Source: Thermodesulfovibrionales bacterium (GTDB taxonomy: Bacteria > Nitrospirota > Thermodesulfovibrionia > Thermodesulfovibrionales > UBA6898). From it: a stretch of DNA of 42,211 bases. A program made the translations under genes and the position numbers. Location of the stretch: NCBI GenBank assembly GCA_044450345.1, contig JBIOIY010000021.1, forward strand, positions 1-42,211, read 5' to 3'. Below, in pieces: positions 29,073 to 39,904 of this stretch; position 1 is the first letter of the stretch, and the number at the start of each line of letters is the position of its first letter. The notes beneath the pieces were generated by a model. The model was given only the letters and a program-made list of their open reading frames with translations, was not told the origin of the DNA and searched no databases.

Positions 29073-29633
29073 CTATCTCTTCTCCTTCATTTTCACTTTG
29101 CTGAACATCGCCTGGCCTTCGCTTCCCGTGAAATTTTCAGACTTGGGCTGCCAGAAATCCCTGAAGTAACGTTCGCCCTTTGGCCCTGCAAAGTATTTGT
29201 CCCAGTTTTCAAGAAGTTTGTCCTTTGTCATATAGAAATCTTCTCTCTTATAATTCGAATATTCATAGTGTTCGCTCAGGGTGATCGCCCCGAAGGGGCA
29301 GGCCTCGACGCAGAAACCGCAGAATATACACCTGAGAATGTCTATCTCATACCTGTCCACTACCTTGGCATGGTCTTCACCTTCGGAGGTATAGATATGG
29401 ATACATTTTGAGGGGCAATATGCGCCACAGAGGCCGCAGCCGACGCACTTCAGTTTGCCCTCCTCGTTCTTCGCCAGTGCGTGCAGTCCCCTGAAGCCTG
29501 GGAGTGCAGGGACCTTGACCTTGGGATACCGCCTCGTCACAGGCTTGGTGAACAGAAGCGTCTTGAGGGTAAAAGCAAGCCCCTTGATGATCTCGACAAA
29601 GAATATCGACCTGATTAATTTTCCGGATGTCAT
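29073..29633 (-). CDS. nuoI: NADH-quinone oxidoreductase subunit I
   Basis: Two CxxCxxCxxxCP motifs, FRGLH. Confidence 0.96.
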   Translation of the reverse strand: MTSGKLIRSIFFVEIIKGLAFTLKTLLFTKPVTRRYPKVKVPALPGFRGLHALAKNEEGKLKCVGCGLCGAYCPSKCIHIYTSEGEDHAKVVDRYEIDILRCIFCGFCVEACPFGAITLSEHYEYSNYKREDFYMTKDKLLENWDKYFAGPKGERYFRDFWQPKSENFTGSEGQAMFSKVKMKEKR

Positions 29634-30709
29634 AGTAATCCCTTAAACCATCCCTTAAACCACATTTTCGCCAGCCCCGTTACAACGATGTTTACAAGGG
29701 CCAAAGGTATCAGTAATTTCCATCCTATCGCCATAAGCTGGTCATAGCGGTATCTCGGCAGCGTAGATCTTATCCAGTAATAGAGGAACATAAAGGCATA
29801 GACTTTGAAAAGGAACCAGAAAAGCCCGAGGGCCTTGGCAAGAATGACGGGTAAGCTTGCCGTAATAAAGGCCGGAAGCGACCAACCTCCCAAAAAGCAG
29901 AGGGCGGCGATAGACGACATCACCAGCATACCCGTATATTCGCCGAGAAAGAACATGGCAAAACGGAAGCCGCTGTATTCGGTAAAGTAGCCGGCAACAA
30001 GTTCGGTTTCCGCCTCCGGAAGGTCGAAGGGGAGCCTGTTCGTCTCCGCAAAGGCGGAGACTATGAATACAAAAAAGCCAAGGAACTGGGGTACCGCAAA
30101 CATACCTAAAGGATAATGGTGCTGCGCCCTTACAATTTCCGAAAGATTCAAAGAGCCGGCCATCATCATAACGCCCACGAGGCTAAGCGCCATTGAGATT
30201 TCATAGCTTATGACCTGGGACGCAGACCTGAGCCCTCCCAAAAAAGCATACTTGGAGTTCGATGACCAGCCCGACAGAACAATGCCGTATGCGCCAAGTG
30301 AAGACATCGCAAAGAGAAAAAGGAGTCCTATGTTAATATTGCCTATTACGAACCCATCAAAGAACGGCAGCACAGACAGGGAAGTGAGCGCAGAGACAAA
30401 GAAGATTACCGGGGCGAGATAAAACAAAGGCTTGTCCGCATCCTGCGGGATAATATCTTCCTTGAAAAAAAGCTTTATCCCATCTGCAAATGGCTGGAAT
30501 AGACCCAACGGGCCGACCTCCCTCGGACCGATCCTGACCTGCATGCGCGCCATGACTTTGCGCTCAAAATAGGTGGCATATGCGACATGAAGGAGTCCTA
30601 CCGCGATGACGGCTGCGATATTTAGGACAATCATAATGATGTTCACAATGATGCCAGCTATTTCAGGGGCAAATATCAATCCAACTATCGTCATTAGGAG
30701 TTCTCTCAT
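29630..30709 (-). CDS. nuoH: NADH-quinone oxidoreductase subunit H
   Basis: ERKV, QPFADGIKLFFKE, PFDLPEAETELVAG. Confidence 0.97.
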   Translation of the reverse strand: MRELLMTIVGLIFAPEIAGIIVNIIMIVLNIAAVIAVGLLHVAYATYFERKVMARMQVRIGPREVGPLGLFQPFADGIKLFFKEDIIPQDADKPLFYLAPVIFFVSALTSLSVLPFFDGFVIGNINIGLLFLFAMSSLGAYGIVLSGWSSNSKYAFLGGLRSASQVISYEISMALSLVGVMMMAGSLNLSEIVRAQHHYPLGMFAVPQFLGFFVFIVSAFAETNRLPFDLPEAETELVAGYFTEYSGFRFAMFFLGEYTGMLVMSSIAALCFLGGWSLPAFITASLPVILAKALGLFWFLFKVYAFMFLYYWIRSTLPRYRYDQLMAIGWKLLIPLALVNIVVTGLAKMWFKGWFKGLL

Positions 30710-33288
30710 CTGCCCACCTTCTCCACCCTTACGACATTCCCGTCGATAACAGGGGCTTTCGTGACAGGGTCGATCGAATATTCCATAAGGCTGAACGCCC
30801 CTTTGCCCTCAAAATTGTTCGTCAGCATTACGACAGAATCGTCAACAGACTTATCGACAACCACCGGAAGGTCCAGGGACCCGGGCGTCGCCGATATTCT
30901 TATGACATCGCCTTCTTTTAAGGCAAGTCTGTCTGCCGTAGCGGGACTGATCCTCGCTACTGCCGCGGCATATATATTCACCAACGCTTGTGCCTTTCTG
31001 CTGAGCGTTCCGGAGTGGAACAACGGTCTTTCAAGCCTCAGATACAGCTTATCTCCAGACCCGACCGGACCGCCCTTCTCTGTCCTGATTTCACCTGATA
31101 CACTCCTGAGAGGCTCGCCCTTATACGGATATATAGCCGTTTCTTTTTCTATCTCATCATAGGCGAGGTCCCTATGTAGCGGAGAGACCTTACTGATCTC
31201 GGCAAAGACATCTTCCACAGACGAATAACGCGTCTTAGAGGCCATATTACTTGAAATCTCCGAAACGATCCTCCAGTCCTCCATGCCTTCGCGGGTCACG
31301 GCTTTTCTCAGGCGCTGGATCCTTCTTTCCATATTTGTGTAGGTGCCGTTCTTTTCCGACCAGCTGAGCGCGGGTAGCACCACATCGGCCAGTTTGGCGG
31401 TCTCGGTGAGGAAGATGTCCTGGACGACCAGGAAGTCGACCTTCTTAAGCGCTGCCTCAACTTCCTTTGAGTTAGGCAGATTGTAAACCGGGTTCTCGCC
31501 CATCACGTACATCGCCTTTAGGGTGCCGCCCTTTGCGGCCTCGACCATTTCAAATATCGTAAGTCCTGGCTGCTCCGGGACCGTGCTTTTCCATGCTATT
31601 TCATACTTTTTCCTGAACTCGGCGTATCCGAGCGGCCTGTATCCCGGGAGAAGGTCAGGCGCGCATCCCATATCAAGAAGCCCCTGCTCGTTCGCGCGCT
31701 CCGAAAGCAGATAGACCCTGCCGTTTATGAGATACGTAACCGCAGCTAAAAGCAGGAGTTTGTAATTCCCACCTCTGCTCTGAACAAGTTCTTTCCCGAT
31801 TACTACCGCGGCATTGGACGATCCCGAGAGCTTGTCGATGAATACGGAAAAGTCCTTTTCTGAAATACCGCAAAGCCTCGCGACTTCTCCGGAGGAGACG
31901 CCCATATCTTTTATCTTATTTTCAAGGGCCTGATTGGAACCGGGGAGACCTTTCTTGTCCTTCAAGGCCGAAACGATCCCCTCAAGCAGGACTGTTTCCG
32001 TAAACAGTGAAGGCCTTAATTCTGCCGGGTTATAATGTCTGAGCCCTTTTACATGGCCTATTGTGAGAATGCCTCCGCCCTTCCTCGCACATGCCCTGAT
32101 CTGAAGACCGAGTATAGGGTTTACGGCGGTCGGATCTCCTCCGGCGACAAGGACCGCATCGGAATTTGAGAGCCCGGGGATAAGATTTGCTGTTGACCCT
32201 TGCCCGAAGATATTTTCGATAAAGGCCTGCGCGCCCGCATATCCTGTCCGGGCGGTGCTGTCTATATTGTTGGTCCCGAGTGTGACCCTCATGAACTTCT
32301 GGAAAACGTAATTGTCCTCGTTCGTGCACCTGGGCGAGGCTATCCCTGCTATCGAAGGGCCCCCGAAGCTCTCCTTTATCTCACCAAGTTTTCTTGCGAC
32401 CAGGCTTATGGCCTCTTCCCATGTCGCTTCTTCAAGGACACCGTTCTTTTTTATCAGCGGCGAAGTGAGTCTGTCCTTATGCCCGACAAACTCGTAGCCG
32501 AACCTTCCACGGGAACAGAGGAGCCCGTTGTTTACCGCCGTGCCTATCCTGGGGACAACCCTTTTTATGACATCGTCCCGGACCTGCACGATGAGAGTGC
32601 AGCCGACACCGCAGTAGGGGCATATGGTTTCAGTCTCGTTCACCACCTGCCACGGTCTGTAGCTATGTCTGTGAAGCCTCGACATCATGGCGCCGACAGG
32701 ACAGACGGAAACACAATTGCCGCAGTACTCACATTCGAACTTTCCCCCGGAGAACGGTTCGATGTGGGAATGGCCGCCCCTGTCAATGACGGCTATCGCT
32801 GCAGCCCCCTGAACGCCTTCACACATCCTCACGCACCTTGTACATACGATGCATCTTTCCATATTCCTGACAAGGACGGGGTCATCAAAGCTCTCAGGCA
32901 CTTTTCTCTTGGCCTCCTTGAAACGGCTCGTCGAGGGACCGTATTTTTCGACCAAGTCCTGCAGTTCACATTCGCCGGCCTTGTCACAGTAAGGACAGTC
33001 AAGCGGATGGTTGATGAGAAGAAATTCGAGCGTGCTCCTTCTCACGGTGGCGATCGCCTCGGTCTCGGTCCTGACTATCATGCCGTCCGCTACCATGAGT
33101 GTGCAGGCGGTCTGTAGACGCGGCATCTTCTCGACCTCCACAAGACATAATCTGCAGCCGCCGTACTTTTCAAGCTGCTCATGGTAGCAGAGAGTCGGGA
33201 TCTTGATCCCGGCCGACCTGGCGGCATCGAGGACCGTTACCGCCTTTTCAAGCGTTATCTCTTTCCCGTTGATCGTTATCTTTATCAT
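30706..33288 (-). CDS. nuoG: NADH-quinone oxidoreductase subunit G (long, formate dehydrogenase alpha-like)
   Basis: 2Fe-2S CY..GGCRLC..C, HPLDCPYC..GEC, two 4-Cys ferredoxin motifs, CPYCGVGC; position in the operon; ATG at 33288. Confidence 0.9.
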   Translation of the reverse strand: MIKITINGKEITLEKAVTVLDAARSAGIKIPTLCYHEQLEKYGGCRLCLVEVEKMPRLQTACTLMVADGMIVRTETEAIATVRRSTLEFLLINHPLDCPYCDKAGECELQDLVEKYGPSTSRFKEAKRKVPESFDDPVLVRNMERCIVCTRCVRMCEGVQGAAAIAVIDRGGHSHIEPFSGGKFECEYCGNCVSVCPVGAMMSRLHRHSYRPWQVVNETETICPYCGVGCTLIVQVRDDVIKRVVPRIGTAVNNGLLCSRGRFGYEFVGHKDRLTSPLIKKNGVLEEATWEEAISLVARKLGEIKESFGGPSIAGIASPRCTNEDNYVFQKFMRVTLGTNNIDSTARTGYAGAQAFIENIFGQGSTANLIPGLSNSDAVLVAGGDPTAVNPILGLQIRACARKGGGILTIGHVKGLRHYNPAELRPSLFTETVLLEGIVSALKDKKGLPGSNQALENKIKDMGVSSGEVARLCGISEKDFSVFIDKLSGSSNAAVVIGKELVQSRGGNYKLLLLAAVTYLINGRVYLLSERANEQGLLDMGCAPDLLPGYRPLGYAEFRKKYEIAWKSTVPEQPGLTIFEMVEAAKGGTLKAMYVMGENPVYNLPNSKEVEAALKKVDFLVVQDIFLTETAKLADVVLPALSWSEKNGTYTNMERRIQRLRKAVTREGMEDWRIVSEISSNMASKTRYSSVEDVFAEISKVSPLHRDLAYDEIEKETAIYPYKGEPLRSVSGEIRTEKGGPVGSGDKLYLRLERPLFHSGTLSRKAQALVNIYAAAVARISPATADRLALKEGDVIRISATPGSLDLPVVVDKSVDDSVVMLTNNFEGKGAFSLMEYSIDPVTKAPVIDGNVVRVEKVGR

Positions 33289-33298
33289 CGATTGTCCG

Positions 33299-34561
33299 TT
33301 ATCCTGACACCTTACAAGTCTTATTTCTGATATGTTCCTCGAATTCGGGCCTGAAATGTTTAATAAAATTCTGTACGACCGAGGCCGCTCCGTCTCCGAG
33401 CGGACAGAATGTTTTGCCAAGCACATTTCCGGAGATCGATAGCAGAAGGTCGACGTCCCCTTCCATCCCTTCTCCGTTCTCAATCCTTCCCAATATCTTT
33501 CTCAACCATCCGGTCCCTTCACGGCAGGGGGTGCACTTGCCGCACGATTCATGCTCGAAAAATTTGAGCGCCCTGTGGCAGACCTTGACAAGGCAGACCG
33601 TATCGTCCATGACGATCACGGCGCCGGAACCGAGCATGCTCCCGTGCTTCGGCATGTTCACAAAGTCCATAGGACAGTCTATCTTATCAGGCGGAAGCAC
33701 CGGGGTCGAAATACCGCCGGGGATGACTGCCTTTAGCTTCCTGCCGCCCTTCATCCCGCCGCAATGCGTGTAGATAATATCCTTAAGGTTGGTCCCCATA
33801 GGCAGTTCGTACACGCCGGGCTTTTCCACATGCCCGGAGACACAATAGATCTTGGGTCCGGGACATTCAGGGCTCCCGATCTTCGCATACGCCTCACCGC
33901 CGATCTCGATAAGATACGGAAGGTTCGAAAGGGTCTCAACGTTATTGACGACCGTAGGCCTCGCAAATACGCCGACGTTCACCGGAAAAGGAGGCTTAAT
34001 CCTCGGCTGCCCCCTGTCGCCTTCGAGTGACTCTATAAGGGCAGTCTCCTCTCCGCATATGTAAGCCCCTGCGCCCTGATGGACCGCCAGGTGGAATTTC
34101 ACTCCCTTCCCTGCAATGTTGTCCCCGAGGAAACCTTTTTCATATGCCTGTTTGACAGCCTTCTCCAGTATATGTTTTGCGGCCGGGTATTCGCCCCTCA
34201 GGTATATATACCCGTATTCTGCGCTTAGCGCAAAGCCCGATATGGCCATACCCTCGATCAGTATATGGGGGTTCTTCTCGAGTATCGGCCTGTCCTTAAA
34301 GGTCCCGGGCTCGCCTTCGTCTGCATTGCATAAAAGGTACTTAGGGAACTTCGGATCCGCAGAGGCGAAGGTCCATTTCATCGCAACCGGGAAACCCGCG
34401 CCGCCGCGCCCCCTAAGGCCGGCCTTTTTGACCTCTTCGATAATACCCTTCGGCACCATGCCGATCGCCTTCTGGAGGCTCCGGTAGCCGCCTGCCTTCA
34501 TATACTCGCCGATGTCCGCCGAGTTTGGGTTCTCTATATTCTTAAGGAGTACCTTTTCCAT
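33299..34561 (-). CDS. nuoF: NADH-quinone oxidoreductase subunit F
   Basis: GRGGAGF, NADEGEPGTFKDR, GAGAYICGEET, ESCGKCTPCREG. Confidence 0.97.
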   Translation of the reverse strand: MEKVLLKNIENPNSADIGEYMKAGGYRSLQKAIGMVPKGIIEEVKKAGLRGRGGAGFPVAMKWTFASADPKFPKYLLCNADEGEPGTFKDRPILEKNPHILIEGMAISGFALSAEYGYIYLRGEYPAAKHILEKAVKQAYEKGFLGDNIAGKGVKFHLAVHQGAGAYICGEETALIESLEGDRGQPRIKPPFPVNVGVFARPTVVNNVETLSNLPYLIEIGGEAYAKIGSPECPGPKIYCVSGHVEKPGVYELPMGTNLKDIIYTHCGGMKGGRKLKAVIPGGISTPVLPPDKIDCPMDFVNMPKHGSMLGSGAVIVMDDTVCLVKVCHRALKFFEHESCGKCTPCREGTGWLRKILGRIENGEGMEGDVDLLLSISGNVLGKTFCPLGDGAASVVQNFIKHFRPEFEEHIRNKTCKVSG

Positions 34562-34566
34562 GTCGC

Positions 34567-35031
34567 CTATTTATATCTCTCAAGTATTTCTTCAATGTGT
34601 TTTTCAGTCAGGTCCTCGTAGAAATCGTCGTTCACAAGCATGGCCGGCGCGGTCCCGCAAGCGCCGATACATTCCATAATGACAAGGGAAAACCGCCCGT
34701 CCTGGGTCGTCCCCCCGGGTTCAAGCCCGTATTTGCCCTTTAGGAAGTCCACAAGCCTTTCAGCACCGAGAATCATGCATGAAACATTCGTGCAGAGTTG
34801 CACGATGTTCCTGCCCGCAGGTTTCTGCTTGTACATCGCATAAAAAGTCCCTACGCCGCGGGCGATCGCCTTAGGCACGCCGAGCAGGTCCGACACGGTC
34901 TCATATGCGTCAGGCGACAACCAGCCGAACTCCCTCTGGGCCACATAAAGCGCCGGCAGTAGCGCCGCCCTCGCATTGGGATATTTGAGCTTTATCTCTT
35001 CCAGTTCTTTCTTCGCAGTTTCACTAAACAT
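34567..35031 (-). CDS. nuoE: NADH-quinone oxidoreductase subunit E
   Basis: CTNVSC and ECIGAC 2Fe-2S ligands. Confidence 0.96.
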   Translation of the reverse strand: MFSETAKKELEEIKLKYPNARAALLPALYVAQREFGWLSPDAYETVSDLLGVPKAIARGVGTFYAMYKQKPAGRNIVQLCTNVSCMILGAERLVDFLKGKYGLEPGGTTQDGRFSLVIMECIGACGTAPAMLVNDDFYEDLTEKHIEEILERYK

Positions 35032-35036
35032 AACTA

Positions 35037-36239
35037 TTACCTGTCGCACTCTCCGAGTACGATATCTATCGTCCCGATGTTTGCGATAACGTCGGCGATG
35101 AGCCCTCCCTGGCACAGCCTCGGAAGAACCGATGCATGTACGAATGAAGGCGCCCTCACCCTCATCCTGTAAGGCTTTCCTGTCCCATCGCTCACAAAAT
35201 AAAATCCGAGCTCACCCTTGGGCGCCTCGGTCGCAACGTATACCTCGCCTTCTGGGATGGACGGACCTTTCGTAATCAGGATAAATTGGTGTATCAGATG
35301 CTCCATATCTTTCAGGATCATGTCCTTCGGCGGCAAGGTCAATTTCGGCGCGTCCGCCATGACAGGCCCTGCAGGGATTTTTTCGATGCACTGCTTTATT
35401 ATCCGGTTGGCCTGCCTCATCTCAGCGACCCTGACCACATATCTGTCATAGCAGTCGCCCGCCTTGCCGACAGGCACATCGAACTCGACCTTGTCATACG
35501 CATCATAAGGAGCATATCTCCTTATGTCGTAATCAACTCCGGAGCCCCTCAACGTACCCCCAGTGAGACCCCAGTTTATCGCCTCTTCGGCCGATATGAC
35601 GCCGATGCCTACTGTCCTGTCCTTCCATATCCTGTTCTCCGTAACCAGGGTCTCATAATTGTCCATATGCGAAGGGAAATCGAGAACAAATTCATAGAGG
35701 GTATCGAGAAACTCCTGTGAAATGTCATTCCTTACACCACCGACCCTTGGATAGCTCACGGTAAGCCTTGCGCCGCAGAGCATCTCAAAAAGGTCCATAA
35801 TGCGTTCCCTCTGGGCCATCGCATGCAAGAAAGGGGTCGTGGCCCCGATGTCGAGGACATGCGTACCGAGCCAGATGATATGACTTGATATCCTCCCCAT
35901 CTCGGCGACCATCGTCCTGATAAACTTGGCCCTTTCGGGCGCTTCGATACCGAAGAGCTTTTCAACGGCGTTCACATAGCCGACATTGTTGTTCATGGAA
36001 GATATGTAATCGAGCCGGTCGCTAAGGGGAAGGGCTGCAAAATAGGTCCTGTTTTCACCGAGCTTTTCCACACCCCTGTGGAGAAAACCGACATAAGGCG
36101 TACACTTGACAACATTTTCGCCGTCGAGACCGAGCAGAAGCTTCAGGACCCCATGCGTCGCAGGGTGCTGGGGGCCCATGCTGATCGTCAGTTCTTGAGT
36201 ATCGAAAGTCTTTTCTTCGGGTTCCGTCTGTTCCATCAT
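35037..36239 (-). CDS. nuoD: NADH-quinone oxidoreductase subunit D
   Basis: [34 protein letters not shown]; no NiFe CxxC motifs. Confidence 0.96.
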   Translation of the reverse strand: MMEQTEPEEKTFDTQELTISMGPQHPATHGVLKLLLGLDGENVVKCTPYVGFLHRGVEKLGENRTYFAALPLSDRLDYISSMNNNVGYVNAVEKLFGIEAPERAKFIRTMVAEMGRISSHIIWLGTHVLDIGATTPFLHAMAQRERIMDLFEMLCGARLTVSYPRVGGVRNDISQEFLDTLYEFVLDFPSHMDNYETLVTENRIWKDRTVGIGVISAEEAINWGLTGGTLRGSGVDYDIRRYAPYDAYDKVEFDVPVGKAGDCYDRYVVRVAEMRQANRIIKQCIEKIPAGPVMADAPKLTLPPKDMILKDMEHLIHQFILITKGPSIPEGEVYVATEAPKGELGFYFVSDGTGKPYRMRVRAPSFVHASVLPRLCQGGLIADVIANIGTIDIVLGECDR

Positions 36240-36270
36240 ATGAGAATGCTGTCCCCTATCTTCTTCATAC

Positions 36271-36804
36271 TCATCCGCGCCACTCGAATTCCCTGTATCT
36301 CTTTGCCTTATCAAGGACCTCGAGGAAGCCCGGCCACTCCTTTTCGGGGCCATTCAAGGGATAGTCTTTTCTCAAAGGATACCCTTCCCAGTCTTCGGGC
36401 AGGAGTATTCTCCTCAGGTCAGGATGCCCCTTAAAGATTATCCCGTACAAATCGTAGGCCTCCCGTTCGTGCCAGTTTGCCCCGACCCAGATAGGCATGA
36501 CCGAATCTATGGACGGCTCGTCGCCGTCCACCTCGGCCTTTATCCTCACGGCATGACGGTGTTTAATCGAGTAGAGATGGTATACGACCTCGAACCTCTT
36601 TTCCTTCTTGCCGAGATAATCTGCGCCGCAGACATCAACGAGGTAATCGAGAGAAAGGTCGGGGTCATCGTGGAGGTATCTGAAGATGTCGAGTATCCTG
36701 TCCTTTTTCAGGGTGACGGACACCTGTCCCCTGAATTCCCTTACGTCAAGGACCTCTTCAGGAAATCTTTCCTTTATCTTTTCGGAAATCTGTAATGCTT
36801 CCAT
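36271..36804 (-). CDS. nuoC: NADH-quinone oxidoreductase subunit C
   Basis: [31 protein letters not shown]. Confidence 0.96.
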   Translation of the reverse strand: MEALQISEKIKERFPEEVLDVREFRGQVSVTLKKDRILDIFRYLHDDPDLSLDYLVDVCGADYLGKKEKRFEVVYHLYSIKHRHAVRIKAEVDGDEPSIDSVMPIWVGANWHEREAYDLYGIIFKGHPDLRRILLPEDWEGYPLRKDYPLNGPEKEWPGFLEVLDKAKRYREFEWRG

Positions 36805-36895
36805 AACCCCCTACGTTCGCACTCCTCTCTAGAAATTTGACAATGGGCTATGCGCTGCGAACTGCCATTTCTAAGACTAACGCCGCTCTCCTGCC

Positions 36896-37423
36896 TTACC
36901 GCCAGCGGCTCCAATGGAATTGTTCCGCCTTGATCTTTTCCTGAAGCTTTATTATCCCGTCGATAAAAGCCTCGGGCCTCGGCGGACAACCCGGGATATA
37001 TACGTCGACAGGTAAAAAGGTATCGCATCCCTGCACAGTACTGTAGGTAGTGAAAATGCCGCCGCTGTTGGCGCAGCTTCCCACCGAAATTACGTACCTC
37101 GGCTCCGGCATCTGATCATATACCCTTCTTACAATCTGGGACATCTTTTTTGTTACGGTCCCCGCGATAAACATAAAATCCGATTGTCTCGGAGAACCCC
37201 TCGGGATTATCCCCATCCTGTCGAGGTCATTGTGACTTGCGTAGGTCGCCATCATTTCTATGGCACAGCAGGCAAGACCGAAGGTCATCGGCCAGAGGGA
37301 CGAAATTCTTCCCCAGTTTATCAGTTTATCCATGGAGGTAATGATAATATTCGGGGTCATAATTCTGGTGCCTTCTTCGACCTCGACAAGCGTGGCTGTC
37401 TCTAAACTTGTGATCAGTCCCAA
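36896..37423 (-). CDS. nuoB: NADH-quinone oxidoreductase subunit B
   Basis: [24 protein letters not shown]; likely TTG start after AAGGAGG inside the nuoA 3' end. Confidence 0.96.
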   Translation of the reverse strand: MGLITSLETATLVEVEEGTRIMTPNIIITSMDKLINWGRISSLWPMTFGLACCAIEMMATYASHNDLDRMGIIPRGSPRQSDFMFIAGTVTKKMSQIVRRVYDQMPEPRYVISVGSCANSGGIFTTYSTVQGCDTFLPVDVYIPGCPPRPEAFIDGIIKLQEKIKAEQFHWSRWR

Positions 37424-37770
37424 ATGAAAGCCTCCTTCTTCCACGCGTACACATACCCCACGAGGAGAATGACTATAAAAATGATCATCTCGACAAAAGC
37501 GTACATCCCCAACTTGTCGAAAACGATTGCCCAGGGATAGAGGAAGACCGCTTCAACGTCGAACACCACAAAGAGCATTGCGATGATATAAAACTTTACG
37601 GAAAATCTCATACGGGGTTCGCCGACCGGGGCGTTCCCTGATTCGTACGGCATGAGTTTCTCTGGGTAGGGTCTCTTTATCCTTAAGAGCTCGCCGAGGC
37701 CGAGGGCACCGAGCCCGAAGGCCGTGGCGATCATCAAGAATATCATGATAGGCAAATAATCTGTAGGCAT
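37414..37770 (-). CDS. nuoA: NADH-quinone oxidoreductase subunit A
   Basis: [17 protein letters not shown]. Confidence 0.96.
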   Translation of the reverse strand: MPTDYLPIMIFLMIATAFGLGALGLGELLRIKRPYPEKLMPYESGNAPVGEPRMRFSVKFYIIAMLFVVFDVEAVFLYPWAIVFDKLGMYAFVEMIIFIVILLVGYVYAWKKEAFIWD

Positions 37771-37816
37771 AAAACTGCCTGGCAGAATGTCATAAGTTTT
37801 TAACATACAGTTATAA

Positions 37817-37845
37817 GTTATAAAGAAAATCAATCGGGATGTCAA
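37817..37845 (-). promoter_or_regulatory. sigma70 promoter of the nuo operon
   Basis: TTGACA, 17-nt spacer, TATAAC; direct repeat AGTTATA x2 (37809-37822) overlaps the -10. Confidence 0.6.
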
Positions 37846-37921
37846 GTAAAAAATTAAAACTCCAGCTTTAGGTTTTTTTGTTGCATAAAATACCTGAAAT
37901 GGTATACATTTTCTTAAAACG

Positions 37922-39505
37922 ATGCTCGTAAAAAAATCCTTATATTCACTGACCGGAAAACTCATACTCACTATTGGCACGTTGATGGTTGTAGGGAGTT
38001 CCATCTTCTGGTATTTTCTCTTCCGGCACCAGGAAACGGAGCTGATCCAGAACTCTGTAAAATACGGACATTCCTTCGTAGACTATGTCAAAAAGAGCAC
38101 GCGTTACGGGATGCTCACATTCCAGCAACTCCTCATACAGCAGACTGTCGAGGCCATAGGTTCGGCAGAAGGGGTCCTAAGGGTCCGCATCTTCGACAGT
38201 AAAGGAAAGATCGCTTATTCGTCTGACAAAAAAGACATCGGTACTATTGTCGACAAAACATCCCCGATCTGCGTAGGCTGCCATTCCTCCGGCGATAATC
38301 GTCCGAAGGATACCCCTACCGTTTTGATAAGCAAAGACAACAGGAACTTCAGGGTGCTTAATATCGTCCAGCCGATCCTTAATGAGGCCGCCTGCTACAC
38401 TTCATCATGTCATGCCCACTCGAAAGAACAAAGGGTGCTCGGACTCGTAGAGGCAAACCTTTCCCTTGCCCTGCTGGACAAAAGCATAAAAAACCAGGGG
38501 TTGGCGATCACAGTCTATGTGCTGGTATTTTTGTTCGTGATCTCGGTCGTGCTCTGCACAATTCTTTGGAACCTCGTCTCTACTCCGGTCAGCCTGCTGA
38601 CGAGGGGCATGGAAAAGGTTGCAGGCGGCGACCTTGATTATCATCTGGACATCAAGACAAAAGACGAAATAGGCGAACTTGCGCAGGCGTTTAACGCCAT
38701 GACCTCGGACCTGAAAAAGGCAAAAAACGAACTTGTCGAGTGGGGCAATACACTTGAAAAAAAGGTCCAGGAAAAGACCGAAGCGATACATAGGGCCCAG
38801 GCCCAGCTGATCCATTCGGAGAAATTGGCTTCCCTCGGCAGAATGGCCGCCGGCGTGGCGCATGAGATTAACAGCCCTCTCACCGGGATCGTTACATTCG
38901 GTCACCTGCTTTTAAAGAAGTTCCCCCCCGGATCCGAGGAGAATGAGGACATACAGGTCATTATAGAGCAGGCCAACAGGTGTTCTACTATTATCAAGGG
39001 GCTTCTCGGTTTTGCGAGGGCTTCTGCGGCAGAAAAAGCGCCTACCAACATCAACGATGTGATAGACCATTCCCTCAACATCGTCAAGAACAAGGCCGAT
39101 TTTTTCAATATAAAGATCGTCACCAATTTTGATGTTTTTCTCTCGAAGGTAAAGGCGGATTCTTCACAACTCCAGCAGGTTTTCCTCAATATGATCATGA
39201 ACGCCGCCGACGCTGTCGAGGGGAAAGGCTCTATCACGGTAACGACGCGGAATATACTGGACAACAGCGGAGACTGGGTGGAAGTCGAGTTCCATGACAC
39301 GGGGCCGGGTATCGACAACGAGAACCTCGCAAAGATCTTCGAGCCCTTCTTTACGACGAAGCCCGTCGGCAAAGGCACGGGGCTCGGGCTCGCCGTGAGC
39401 CACGGCATCGTGCAGGAGCATGGGGGGAGTATCTCTGTAAAAACCAAACGAGGTGAAGGGACAAGCTTCTTTATAAAGCTTCCCGCCTACAAGGAAACGC
39501 CATGA
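37922..39505 (+). CDS. Membrane sensor histidine kinase with periplasmic c-type heme motifs and a HAMP domain
   Basis: Two TM segments flank CVGCH and CYTSSCH; HAMP (DEIGELAQAFNAM), AHEINSP H-box, G boxes. Confidence 0.92.
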   Translation: MLVKKSLYSLTGKLILTIGTLMVVGSSIFWYFLFRHQETELIQNSVKYGHSFVDYVKKSTRYGMLTFQQLLIQQTVEAIGSAEGVLRVRIFDSKGKIAYSSDKKDIGTIVDKTSPICVGCHSSGDNRPKDTPTVLISKDNRNFRVLNIVQPILNEAACYTSSCHAHSKEQRVLGLVEANLSLALLDKSIKNQGLAITVYVLVFLFVISVVLCTILWNLVSTPVSLLTRGMEKVAGGDLDYHLDIKTKDEIGELAQAFNAMTSDLKKAKNELVEWGNTLEKKVQEKTEAIHRAQAQLIHSEKLASLGRMAAGVAHEINSPLTGIVTFGHLLLKKFPPGSEENEDIQVIIEQANRCSTIIKGLLGFARASAAEKAPTNINDVIDHSLNIVKNKADFFNIKIVTNFDVFLSKVKADSSQLQQVFLNMIMNAADAVEGKGSITVTTRNILDNSGDWVEVEFHDTGPGIDNENLAKIFEPFFTTKPVGKGTGLGLAVSHGIVQEHGGSISVKTKRGEGTSFFIKLPAYKETP

Positions 39506-39879
39506 AAAGGGGAATGATTCTCGTAATCGACGATGAGGACATCGTCAGAACCAGCTGCAGCCGCACGCTCACTCCCGGCGGCTTCGAGGTCAAACTGGCA
39601 AAAAACGGCCAGGAAGGCCTCAAAATGATGGGTGAGGAGAAGTTCGATCTTGTGCTGACGGACCTGAAGATGCCCGATATGGACGGCATAGAGGTGCTGA
39701 GAAAGATCAAACAGGACTGGCCCAAGGTCGAGGTCATCATTATTACGGGCTACCAGACCGTCGATACGGCGGTGAAAGCCATAAAACTCGGGGCCTTCGA
39801 CTATATAGAAAAGCCCTTCACCCCTGACTCGCTCATGAACGCCGTTTCCAAGGCACTGGACCATAAGAACAAGTCATAA
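39502..39879 (+). CDS. Single-domain response regulator (REC only)
   Basis: IDDE, phospho-Asp TDLKMP, ITG, EKPF. Confidence 0.93.
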   Translation: MKRGMILVIDDEDIVRTSCSRTLTPGGFEVKLAKNGQEGLKMMGEEKFDLVLTDLKMPDMDGIEVLRKIKQDWPKVEVIIITGYQTVDTAVKAIKLGAFDYIEKPFTPDSLMNAVSKALDHKNKS

Positions 39880-39904
39880 GGATAGGGGATGCGGCCTGTT
39901 TGGT

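Noticed and set aside
37871..37884. GG-N10-GC sigma54-like spacing upstream of the heme kinase
   Set aside because: The -24 element is AGGTTT rather than TGGCAC; a sigma70-type TTGCAT...TACATT reading fits equally well.
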